DNA of 28,172 nt from Candidatus Coatesbacteria bacterium. Its GTDB lineage: Bacteria; B130-G9. The DNA lies in contig QMNL01000001.1 in assembly GCA_003647755.1 (NCBI GenBank), positions 1-28,172 on the forward strand, given 5' to 3'. Below the pieces are notes generated by a model, which saw nothing but the letters and a program-made list of their open reading frames with translations, did no database searches and was not told the origin of the DNA. The translations under genes were made by a program, and so were the position numbers. Below, piece after piece: positions 1 to 8,311 of the stretch (positions within the stretch are counted from its first letter, which is position 1; every line of letters begins with the position of its first letter).

Positions 1-673
1 GCCAGAACTCCGTGAGATGGCGCCTCGTCTTGGATTTTTCAGCTCTAAAGGCGGGACCGAAGCAATACACCTTGCCAAGAGCCATTGCCATTGCCTCGTT
101 GTACAGCTGTCCGCTTTGCGACAGATAGGCGGTCTTGTCGAAATACTTGGTTTCAAACAGCGTGCTCGTTCCCTCACACGAGGTCGGTGTGAAGATGGGG
201 GCATCAGCGAGCACGAAACCCTCGCCATCCAGAAAATCCCTTACAGCCTTCACAACGCCCGCTCTAATTCTGAGGATGGCATTCTGCCGTGCGGAGCGCA
301 CCCAAAGGTGCCGCCTCTGGAGAAGATAGCCGACCGAGTGCTCTTTTGGCGTTATCGGGTAGTTTCTCGCGATCTGACCAATCTCAATGTGCCTGAGCAG
401 GAGCTCATATCCCAGGGGAGCGCGCCTGTCCTCATTTATCACCCCACTCACAATAAGTGATGTCTCCTGCGTGAGCGAGTCAAACTTGTCAAATGTCTCG
501 CCACCCACCTCATCCTTGATCAGAACACACTGGATTATGCCGGTGCCGTCCCGAACAAGAATGAACCGTATCTTCCCGCTGGAGCGCTTGTTATACACCC
601 AGCCTCGGATCGAGACCTCCTCGCCGACGTGTTTTCCGACAGCATCAATGGTTACCACAGGCGACACCGTCAC
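1..673 (-). CDS. asnS: Asparagine--tRNA ligase, 5' part (truncated by the left window edge)
   Basis: Missing from the ORF track. Manual translation from GTG at 673 gives [48 protein letters not shown]...RHLWVRS...[15 protein letters not shown]...[12 protein letters not shown]...[23 protein letters not shown]. This is an OB-fold followed by class IIb motifs 1 and 2, and RAEKSxTRRHLxEFW is typical of AsnRS. The start overlaps the upstream stop (GTGA, 673-670). Confidence 0.93.
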   Translation of the reverse strand, partial: MTVSPVVTIDAVGKHVGEEVSIRGWVYNKRSSGKIRFILVRDGTGIIQCVLIKDEVGGETFDKFDSLTQETSLIVSGVINEDRRAPLGYELLLRHIEIGQIARNYPITPKEHSVGYLLQRRHLWVRSARQNAILRIRAGVVKAVRDFLDGEGFVLADAPIFTPTSCEGTSTLFETKYFDKTAYLSQSGQLYNEAMAMALGKVYCFGPAFRAEKSKTRRHLTEFW

Positions 674-1752
674 TTACGCTCGTCTCCCGTCTTGCCCGCG
701 CTGTCGCCGAAATAGACCCATCTCTCGAGGAACCTATCATAGGTCGTAAAGCCCTTAAAATTGGGGTCCTTGTGTTTCTCCACTAGCGCCCGGAACTGGC
801 CAAGTTTGGCATCAAGATTGTCGATGTAGTGGAGCGCTATCGCCTCGAGCGTCATCGGCACCTGCGGCGAGCCCCACTCGAGGCTCCCGTGGTGGCTTAT
901 CAAGGCGTGAAGCAACTTCCGCCATTTCTCCGAGGGGAAGCTATCGAACTTCTCCACGTAACGCTGCAACTGCAAAAGCCCCAACACTATGTGCCCCAGA
1001 AGCCGACCCTCCGTCGTCCGCTCCACTGCCAGATCGCTGTTGTACTCATCCATCTTGCCTATGTCATGCAATATGCAACTTGTGATGAGCAGGTCCGCAT
1101 CCAAATCGCCATATATCTCGATCACGGATGAGGCAAGGCGCAGGAGTGAAACAGTATGCTCCAAAAGCCCACCAGGATAGGCATGATGAATTGCCTTTGC
1201 ACCAGGAGCCGTTTTGAACCTGGCGACAAATTTCTTATCCGAGAAAATCTTTTCCAAAAGGGCTCTGTAATCCGGATCTGCAACTCTCTCTATGGATTCC
1301 GTTACCACCGCGAGGAGGTCATCCAGGTGCGTCTTTGGGCTATCCACGATCTCGCTGACGTCGTACTCATTATCTAAAGCTGATCTTATATGTAGCACCT
1401 TAACATTCGGTCGTTGCTGGAAAATATTAAGCCTGCCCTTCAGCTTTATCACCTGGCCTTGGCTGATGGCAGAGTCCGTGCTTCCAACGTTCTCCCAAAC
1501 AAAGGCGTCGATCTCGCCCGTGCAGTCGCTCAGCCTTAGCCTGAGGTATGGAGCACCGGCCTTCGTCTCAGAGAAAGTTTTGGACTTCAGCAGGTACACA
1601 CCTACGAAGTCGCTTTTGACTGTGGGGATATCCACGATTCTGGTAACAGTCTCACCTGACTCGCCGTCCCCTGCCTTCGGCAACTCATTCGCCCTGTCCT
1701 CGCCTGCAGATCCCGAGTCGTGTCTCAAGGGTGCGTCTGGCTTTTCTGCCAT
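670..1752 (-). CDS. yhaM: YhaM/CBF1-family 3'-5' exoribonuclease (OB-fold + HD domain)
   Basis: N-terminal OB fold ([23 protein letters not shown]), then [48 protein letters not shown] and [10 protein letters not shown], which match the YhaM family. It has a charged N-terminal extension of about 35 aa. Confidence 0.85.
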   Translation of the reverse strand: MAEKPDAPLRHDSGSAGEDRANELPKAGDGESGETVTRIVDIPTVKSDFVGVYLLKSKTFSETKAGAPYLRLRLSDCTGEIDAFVWENVGSTDSAISQGQVIKLKGRLNIFQQRPNVKVLHIRSALDNEYDVSEIVDSPKTHLDDLLAVVTESIERVADPDYRALLEKIFSDKKFVARFKTAPGAKAIHHAYPGGLLEHTVSLLRLASSVIEIYGDLDADLLITSCILHDIGKMDEYNSDLAVERTTEGRLLGHIVLGLLQLQRYVEKFDSFPSEKWRKLLHALISHHGSLEWGSPQVPMTLEAIALHYIDNLDAKLGQFRALVEKHKDPNFKGFTTYDRFLERWVYFGDSAGKTGDERK

Positions 1753-1758
1753 TCTCTA

Positions 1759-2637
1759 TTACTCGATGTTGTTCAGTTGTTCCCGGATGATCTCGATACG
1801 CGACTTCATCTTGATCGTCAGCGCCACTACCTCTTTGGACTGTGATTTAGCCGCGATCGTATTGACCTCTCGAAGCATCTCCTGGCAGATAAATAACAAC
1901 TGCTTGCCCATAGCCGATTCAGACTTGCTCAACGTCTCAAATTGCTCCAGGTGGCTGGCCAGTCGAGCCATCTCCTCCGAGACGTCTGACTTCACCAGCA
2001 GCAGGGCCACCTCCTGCTCAAGCCGGTCGCTGTCAATCTCGGCCATATCGCATTGCTTGTGGACGAAGTCGAGCACCCTGTCCCGTATCCGCTGTTCCCC
2101 TCCCGTGAAACTGCTCTCCAGCTCCTTTAAGTCCTCGTGAAGAGCAGTAATTTGCTCGATAATTTTGGCCTCAAGACTTGAGCCCTCTTTATTCCGCATC
2201 TCGACCAACTGGTCCAGGGACTGTATGATGCAGTCCTTGATTGGCTCCCAGAGCTCCGCTGTGTCCGGAGTCGTCTCCACAGAAAACGCCGGCCTGAAGT
2301 TGGCGAGCGCCTCCACCCGAATGTCGCCAGAAAGCCCGTGCTTCTTGGCAAGATGCCTCAACGTCCTCACAAAATCCTCCACTAGACCCTCGTCAACAGA
2401 GACCCTTGTCGTGCCCGTCAAGCTCGCCGGGGCCGAGACGAAGACATCAATCTTGCCACGCCTCACACGTTCCGAGACAAGGTCCCGAATCCTCTGTTCA
2501 TACTTCATGAACCCCGGAGGTGTTCGCACCGAGACATCAAGAAAGCGATAATTGACTGAGCGAATCTCGACTCTTATCTCCGCACTGTCAATAGTGCTAC
2601 TTCCCTGGCCGTAACCCGTCATGCTCTTCATCGTCAT
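1759..2637 (-). CDS. yicC: YicC/YloC-family endoribonuclease
   Basis: MKSMTGYG start, EIRSVNYRFLDV, RGKIDV, KSDVSEEMARLASH, GKQLLFICQEMLREVNTIAAKS and C-terminal IREQLNNIE. Confidence 0.92.
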   Translation of the reverse strand: MTMKSMTGYGQGSSTIDSAEIRVEIRSVNYRFLDVSVRTPPGFMKYEQRIRDLVSERVRRGKIDVFVSAPASLTGTTRVSVDEGLVEDFVRTLRHLAKKHGLSGDIRVEALANFRPAFSVETTPDTAELWEPIKDCIIQSLDQLVEMRNKEGSSLEAKIIEQITALHEDLKELESSFTGGEQRIRDRVLDFVHKQCDMAEIDSDRLEQEVALLLVKSDVSEEMARLASHLEQFETLSKSESAMGKQLLFICQEMLREVNTIAAKSQSKEVVALTIKMKSRIEIIREQLNNIE

Positions 2638-2689
2638 GACAGCACCCCGAAGGCCTGACGTGGCTGTGCATCTCTGAACGAAGTGCGCA

Positions 2690-3940
2690 CTAGCCCGCCT
2701 TGCTTCTCAAAAGGGTTGGCTTGCGATGTTGGGATATGACCCCTCGAGTGATGACACACTCAGTTACACGCTTTCTGGAAGGCAGTTCATACATCACGTC
2801 CAACATGATCGACTCAAGGATCGCGCGAAGCCCCCGCGCCCCCGTCTTGCGCTTCATTGCCTCCCTGGCTATCTCACGCAACGCACTGTCGGTGAAACGG
2901 AGGCTGACACCATCCATCTGAAACAGCCGCTGATATTGCCTGACAAGAGAGTTCTTGGGCTCCTCCAGTATCCGGACAAGTGCATCCTCCTCCAGCTCGT
3001 GCAAGACGGCTACGACCGGCATCCGCCCAACAAGCTCAGGAATGAGCCCATACTTGACCAAATCCCGAGGCTCAACCTGCGACAACAACTCGTATGGGTT
3101 CATTTCTTGGTTCGCATGCACATTACCGCCAAACCCCATCTGCTTCTTTCGCACACGTCTTGCAACAATCTTCTCTAGGTCGTTGAACGCACCGCCAAAG
3201 ACGAACAGAATGTCGCGTGTGTTTATGCTCAGCGTCTCCTGATGCGGATGCTTCCGTCCGCCCTGAGGCGGCACCCCGGCCACAGTGCCCTCAACGATCT
3301 TCAACAGCGCCTGTTGCACCCCCTCGCCCGAAACATCCCTCGTGATCGAGACGTTCTCTGATTTCCTCGCGATCTTGTCTATCTCGTCGATATATACGAT
3401 GCCACGCTCCGCAGCCTTAATGTTGAAATCCGCATTCTGGATGAGCTTCAGCAGTAGGCTCTCAACGTCGTCGCCCACGTAGCCCGCCTCGGTAAGCGTC
3501 GTCGCGTCGGCGATGGCGAACGGGACCTTGAGGATCCTGGCCAGCGTCTCAGCCAGCAACGTCTTTCCTACCCCAGTTGGCCCAATCAGCAGGATGTTGC
3601 TCTTAGTTAGGTCCACATCAGATGCGCCGGCATTGGAGTTAATCCGCTTGTAGTGATTATAGACCGCCACCGACAGTATCTTCTTAGGCTTCTCTTGCCC
3701 GATGACATATTCATCGATCTGCTTTTTTATCTCAATGGGCTTGGGCAGCGTCTGAAGTCCGGGAAGCGTCCCGCTCAGAGATTCCTCTCGCCGTAGAATC
3801 TCGCTGCAAGCCCGGACGCATTCGTCGCAGATATAGACAGATTGCCCGCCAACCAGGCTTCTTACCTGGTTCCTGCTTCTGCCACAGAAAGAGCAGATAG
3901 CGTGTTCATCAATCAACTTGTGGGATCTCCCTGATGTCAT
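2690..3940 (-). CDS. clpX: ATP-dependent Clp protease ATP-binding subunit ClpX
   Basis: Zn-binding CSFCG...CDEC, Walker A GPTGVGKT, pore loop GYVG, Walker [25 protein letters not shown] loop, MGF (IGF-like) loop and GARGLR. The start was moved from 4039 to ATG 3940 because the predicted promoter lies within the extra upstream codons. Confidence 0.96.
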   Translation of the reverse strand: MTSGRSHKLIDEHAICSFCGRSRNQVRSLVGGQSVYICDECVRACSEILRREESLSGTLPGLQTLPKPIEIKKQIDEYVIGQEKPKKILSVAVYNHYKRINSNAGASDVDLTKSNILLIGPTGVGKTLLAETLARILKVPFAIADATTLTEAGYVGDDVESLLLKLIQNADFNIKAAERGIVYIDEIDKIARKSENVSITRDVSGEGVQQALLKIVEGTVAGVPPQGGRKHPHQETLSINTRDILFVFGGAFNDLEKIVARRVRKKQMGFGGNVHANQEMNPYELLSQVEPRDLVKYGLIPELVGRMPVVAVLHELEEDALVRILEEPKNSLVRQYQRLFQMDGVSLRFTDSALREIAREAMKRKTGARGLRAILESIMLDVMYELPSRKRVTECVITRGVISQHRKPTLLRSKAG

Positions 3941-3955
3941 AATAGCCAACTTGTG

Positions 3956-3984
3956 AATGTATTTGTGTGCCCGTGCAAAGTCAA
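3956..3984 (-). promoter_or_regulatory. Sigma70-type promoter upstream of clpX
   Basis: The minus strand reads TTGACT (3984-3979), a 17-nt spacer, then TACATT (3961-3956). Confidence 0.65.
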
Positions 3985-4066
3985 CGTCAAACTTGCAGAA
4001 TCTGCCAACACAGCGCTCCCTGAGAAACATCCAAACCAAGTTACTCGAACCATGGCCCTAACCCGC

Positions 4067-4105
4067 AAAGCAAAAAGGGCAGGCGCCCCCGTGAGCGCCC
4101 GCCCT
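4067..4105 (-). terminator. Rho-independent terminator after pckA
   Basis: The minus strand reads AGGGCGGGCGC-loop(8)-GCGCCTGCCCT followed by TTTTGCTTT, an 11-bp GC-rich stem with one G-U pair, 30 nt past the pckA stop. Confidence 0.8.
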
Positions 4106-4135
4106 CTGCTGGAAGTCATACCTGAATCTATCGCC

Positions 4136-5899
4136 CTACAGCTGGTCTTGGATCTCCTGAGGCACGTTATATTTCCTCAGAAACTCCACCCTGTCTGCCT
4201 TCATTTTCTTGACCCAGGCGTTGTACTCATCGAGGCGCCCATTCTTCTCGTAGAAGAGTTTCGGGTTAAGTATCTCCGCCGGAACCTTCTCGAGGAGCTT
4301 CGCGTTCTCAGGCGCATCGACATCGACAATCTCGTACCCGAAGTCGGGATCGATCTTCCACTTGATCTCATCCCGGACCATCGCCTCAAGCATTGCCGAT
4401 GAGTGCCTGATCATGACTTTGAGGGCCTTACCGGCCTGACGGTCTTTCTCATCGCCACCGACATATCCCGTGTTCATCAGCCAAGTGGTAAGCCCGGGCA
4501 ACTTCTTGACCAGCTCGCTGAAACGAGCCGGCATCAGCCCAAAGGCAAGTGGGAAGAAAGGCTGCGTGAACGGAGAGCGAGTCTTGCCTCTTTCCTTCCC
4601 CGCCGCCGATGTCTTGGACGTCTCACCGAGCATGAAGTAGGCGGCAGCGCGCAGCGGCGAGGTGAAACGCACGATCCCCGGCATAGCAGCGTCTTTCCCC
4701 TCGTCCCTGTTCAGTATCCCTAGGGAGCGAAGAGGCGGGAGATCAGTCATATCCGCCGCATTATCGATGGCGTGCATAGGGATTATCGACCGTCCGTTCT
4801 GTGTCCAAACAACGAAGTCCCAGCCATCTTCCGGGATGCCGTTCTCGTCAACGACGTCATCATACTTAACCTCGCCGTTGATGTACTTCTCGACGTTTTC
4901 TTCCGGAGCGCCCGTATCGATCAGTATCTTCTTGAGCCGTTTCACGTCCTCTGGCGCAAGAGCAAACTTCGCGAAATCGAACGTTCCATCCTCGTTGAAG
5001 TAAACGTTCTCAATCCACGCGGACGGATCGACCGTCCCGTGATAGATAGTCGGCTCAGCCTCTTCCTTGAGGTCCCACGTCTTAGCGAAACAGCCGTTCT
5101 CCGTTATCGAGACCTCGCCTTCTGGCCAGATAGCGATCATATCGTCCTGGATCGGTCTGGTCAGCTCGCCCTGTTTACTGAATGTCGTTGTGGTCTTGCC
5201 TGTCCCTGAAAGGCCTAAGATGCCCATCGCAATGCGCTTGCCGCCCACGGATATCTCCTTGCAGCCGGCGTGCATCACCAGACCGCCTTGAAGATAGACG
5301 TAGTGGTTGAGCATCCTCAGCATTCCCTTCTTGCTCTCGCCAAAATAGTCAGACCCGATCACATAAGTGATCCAGTTCTCGAGGTCCACGAGCATCACTA
5401 GGTTGCCCTCCATCCCGGGAGCGTCGCAACCAGGAGTCATCACGACCCGGAAATACGGCCGATGGGGCCGTTTGATCTGTTCCTCAGTCTCCACTTCAGA
5501 ACGCGGAAACGAGAGAATCTGCTGCATCGCGGCCAAATTGGTTGCCTCAAGCGTGTAAAGCCACTGGACAGGGATGGCATGCTTTCCAAGCCCCTGATAG
5601 CCATCGACCTGAAGCAAATGGCCGCTCTTCTCGATGAACCGCTTCTGATGCTCGATGAGCTTCTCGGCCTTCTCGCGGCTCATCACCTTCCCCGAATACT
5701 TGTCCGCATCGCTCTCGGGAGCAATGATATACGTCTTGTTGGCTTGGCGAGCCTTAAGACGCGTAATCTTGTCAAGGTTACCATAGGCAGTCTTGACGAT
5801 CGCAGGCGTGTGCTTCATCGCGAGGTCGCGAAGCGCCTCTTGACTCTCGTTGATGTGATACTTCACGTTGTAGCTGGGTGGTTCCAGCCCCATCTTCAT
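4136..5899 (-). CDS. pckA: ATP-dependent phosphoenolpyruvate carboxykinase (divergent, with an internal insertion)
   Basis: YFGESKKG, MHAGC, P-loop GLSGTGKTT, DD metal motif (IQDDM), ENGCFAKT, ENV and TQNGR, AYFMLGETS and WLMNTG. SD AGAGGTG precedes ATG 5899. Confidence 0.85.
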   Translation of the reverse strand: MKMGLEPPSYNVKYHINESQEALRDLAMKHTPAIVKTAYGNLDKITRLKARQANKTYIIAPESDADKYSGKVMSREKAEKLIEHQKRFIEKSGHLLQVDGYQGLGKHAIPVQWLYTLEATNLAAMQQILSFPRSEVETEEQIKRPHRPYFRVVMTPGCDAPGMEGNLVMLVDLENWITYVIGSDYFGESKKGMLRMLNHYVYLQGGLVMHAGCKEISVGGKRIAMGILGLSGTGKTTTTFSKQGELTRPIQDDMIAIWPEGEVSITENGCFAKTWDLKEEAEPTIYHGTVDPSAWIENVYFNEDGTFDFAKFALAPEDVKRLKKILIDTGAPEENVEKYINGEVKYDDVVDENGIPEDGWDFVVWTQNGRSIIPMHAIDNAADMTDLPPLRSLGILNRDEGKDAAMPGIVRFTSPLRAAAYFMLGETSKTSAAGKERGKTRSPFTQPFFPLAFGLMPARFSELVKKLPGLTTWLMNTGYVGGDEKDRQAGKALKVMIRHSSAMLEAMVRDEIKWKIDPDFGYEIVDVDAPENAKLLEKVPAEILNPKLFYEKNGRLDEYNAWVKKMKADRVEFLRKYNVPQEIQDQL

Positions 5900-6169
5900 C
5901 GTTCCACACCTCTTTTGTTATTTGTTATCGCTAGAACTTTGGACACTTGCCAAAGCGCCGCCGCATACAAGACGTCCGATTCACAAAAAGCAACAGCTAC
6001 CATCATATTAGCCCTGGAAAATGTGGCAGCCTCAATAACTGGCCATCTTTGCATGTCCTCAAATACCCTCGACAAGTCAGCATTCGGACTGCCAATCCCA
6101 TTTACACCTCGTTGCAGAACACTCTGGAAAGAGTAAGGTTCCCGCGAAATGCGCTTGGCACATTCAAAG

Positions 6170-6198
6170 TTGACTTACAGAAGGACAGTGGCGATATT
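6170..6198 (+). promoter_or_regulatory. Possible sigma70-type promoter facing the radical SAM/flippase genes
   Basis: TTGACT (6170-6175), a 17-nt spacer, then GATATT (6193-6198). Confidence 0.45.
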
Positions 6199-6380
6199 GT
6201 TGGGCAACTAGCCAGCCCACAGGGGCAGGATAGATTTGCATGTTGACTCGTTTGGCGCCAAGTCAGGAAAGGAAGACAGGAGTTTTCGTATCTTTTGATT
6301 GCGATGTGTTGTTGGCTTCGGGGTGGTGTTTTGGGTGAAATAAGAGTGGAATTGGGATTGACGTTATGCTGCGTTTCGGT

Positions 6381-6583
6381 TCCCCGAAGGGGGACTACAA
6401 TAGTAGCCGTAGGTGCAACCTACGGAATTGGTTGATGTCGGTATCCTTCGCGACCCTGAAGGGGTCGAACTGCCCCTCCATAGGGCTATGTTCAGCCCCT
6501 TCAGGGCTGTTTCCCTTTCCTGCTTTGACGCTGATCCGTAGGTTGCACCTACGGCTACCCACGTTCATCCCCTTGCGGGGATG
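6381..6583. repeat. Nested inverted-repeat element (REP/REPIN- or MITE-like), family A
   Basis: Perfect 24-bp inverted repeat at 6403-6426 (GTAGCCGTAGGTGCAACCTACGGA) and 6535-6558, each copy itself a hairpin. Inner hairpin pair CGACCCTGAAGGGGTCG (6451-6467) and CAGCCCCTTCAGGGCTG (6493-6509). Outer hairpin pair TCCCCGAAGGGGGA (6381-6394) and CATCCCCTTGCGGGGATG (6566-6583). Confidence 0.85.
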
Positions 6584-6655
6584 CAGGAAGAACGCTTCAG
6601 TTGAGCAGGCCCGGGCACGATTGCGGAAACTCCTCAGGAAAGGAAGAGGTCTGCC

Positions 6656-8110
6656 ATAGATAAGCGCGCAGTTATCATATCGCCATACTCGGACATCTCC
6701 TCGATGGGGCCGAGGATCCTGTCAAGTTGTCTCAATGAGGCGGGGTTCCACACAAGGAAGATATTCCTCCAGATATCTGAGGAGAAGGGTGATATTCCGC
6801 CCGGCTTATTCTTATATCCGCCGCATGTTCTTGAGCAGATCGGCGAGCTCTGTGATAACGCGCTTTTTGTGGGCGTCTCGCTCATGACGAATTATTTTGA
6901 CCGTGTTGCCCAGCTCTGCAGGTTTGTGCGGGAGAGGGTCGGTGTCCCGGTGGTAGTTGGTGGTATTCATGCGACGCTGATGCCAAAGGAGTGCGCTGAG
7001 TTTGCCGATTACGTCTGCATCGGCGAGGGCGAGGGGGCAGTGGTTGACATCGCCAAAGCTCTGTCCAGTGGCAGGGATGCTTCGGGTATCCCCAACATCT
7101 GCTGCATCAAGGATGGCGAGTTCATTCGTAATCCAGTGAGACCGCTCATAGCGGACCTGGACGACATTCCGTTTCCGGATTACTCGCTTGATGACGACTA
7201 CGTGCTGATGGATGGAAGCATTCGAAGGCTGGACCTAAGAATGCTTGAGCAGTTGATGCTTGCAGCGCCGGGCAAGAAGGTGGCTAAGAAACCGTATTAC
7301 ATCACTATGATGACCCGGGGCTGTCAATACGCATGTGCCTATTGCTGCAACCGTGCTTTGCTCAAGCTGTATGGAGGGAGAGCCTTTGTCAGGCGCAGGT
7401 CGATCGACAACATCATTGCGGAGCTGTCTTGGGTTCAGGAAAACCTGCCGTTCGTGGAGATCATCGTTCTTACGGACGATTCGTTTTTTGATGCAGATGA
7501 GTCGGAAATAGAGGCTTTCTGTGCGGTTTACAAGGAGAAGATCGGCCTACCATTCTTCTCGCTCGGAACGCCATTTGGAATAACAGCCAAGAAGCTGTCA
7601 ACGATGGTCGACGCAGGAATGATATACGTGCAGATGGGTATTCAAACGGGCAGCGAGCGGATCAGGAAGATGTATAGGAGGCCGTTTACGAACAAGGAGA
7701 TCGTTGCAATCGCTGGGATGTTTTCCAGCTATGTTCACAAGATACTGCCTCCGCGGTATGACATTATCATTGACAACCCGATGGAGGCGGATGAGGACGT
7801 AATTGATACGATTCGCCTTCTGTTGAAGCTCAAGAGGCCCTATTTCATTCAATACTTCTGCCTGACGCTGTTCCCTGGCACGGAACTCGGAGAGAAGGCC
7901 GCCCGGGCAGGCATAATCACGGACTGGCGGGAACAGGTCTATCGTAAACAGCTCTTCCACAAAAGGCGGACCTACCTGAATTTCGTTTTGAGCTTGTTCA
8001 ACACTCCCGTTCCAAAGTTCATTATTCGGCTGCTGATAACAAGGGCAGCCCTCGTGGTTTTCAACAGGCCATATTTTGGCAAGCTGTTGCGGTTGGTCGT
8101 GAGAGATTAG
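6656..8110 (+). CDS. Cobalamin (B12)-binding radical SAM protein (class B methyltransferase-like)
   Basis: B12-binding region (VVVGGIHATLMP, IGEGE, LDDIPFPDY), TRGCQYACAYC (CxxxCxxC), DDSF, GIQTGSERIR and FPGTEL. The start is placed at ATA 6656, 5 nt after GAGGT, which adds IDKRAVIISPYSDISS before the first ATG at 6704. Product confidence is higher than start-site confidence. Confidence 0.85.
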   Translation: MDKRAVIISPYSDISSMGPRILSSCLNEAGFHTRKIFLQISEEKGDIPPGLFLYPPHVLEQIGELCDNALFVGVSLMTNYFDRVAQLCRFVRERVGVPVVVGGIHATLMPKECAEFADYVCIGEGEGAVVDIAKALSSGRDASGIPNICCIKDGEFIRNPVRPLIADLDDIPFPDYSLDDDYVLMDGSIRRLDLRMLEQLMLAAPGKKVAKKPYYITMMTRGCQYACAYCCNRALLKLYGGRAFVRRRSIDNIIAELSWVQENLPFVEIIVLTDDSFFDADESEIEAFCAVYKEKIGLPFFSLGTPFGITAKKLSTMVDAGMIYVQMGIQTGSERIRKMYRRPFTNKEIVAIAGMFSSYVHKILPPRYDIIIDNPMEADEDVIDTIRLLLKLKRPYFIQYFCLTLFPGTELGEKAARAGIITDWREQVYRKQLFHKRRTYLNFVLSLFNTPVPKFIIRLLITRAALVVFNRPYFGKLLRLVVRD

Positions 8111-8311
8111 TCTGCCTGACGTGCAACGCACAGGTGGAGGTCGGCTGAGACGGTAGTGCTTAGTGGAGGTAGGCGAGGTCTTGAACTGGCCTGTCATCGG
8201 AGAGATTCGGAGTCCGGTTCTTGATGGACTCATCAGTGCAATTCTGTTCAGCCTGCAGGAGAGCCTTGGCTGTCGCATCAGGTTGTGGCCAGGCCAGGTG
8301 AGGAGGGAATT

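Noticed and set aside
17-749. Plus-strand ORFs 17-460, 135-329 and 387-749
   Set aside because: They are antisense shadows of asnS, which reads cleanly on the minus strand.
1292-2140. 282-aa plus-strand ORF
   Set aside because: Ser-rich antisense shadow of yhaM/yicC with no family motifs.
3100-3150. MGF instead of IGF in the ClpX ClpP-docking loop
   Set aside because: This is a conservative variant within the known [LIVM]GF range.
3941-4039. N-terminal extension of ClpX in the ORF track
   Set aside because: It overlaps a good TTGACT-N17-TACATT promoter and does not resemble ClpX.
5462-6136. 224-aa plus-strand ORF
   Set aside because: It is mostly antisense to pckA and has no recognisable motifs.
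6381-6583. CRISPR array or tRNA interpretation of the repeats
   Set aside because: The repeats are inverted and only paired, with no direct repeat-spacer periodicity, cas genes or cloverleaf.
7598-8278. 226-aa minus-strand ORF
   Set aside because: It is antisense to the radical SAM gene and has no recognisable motifs.
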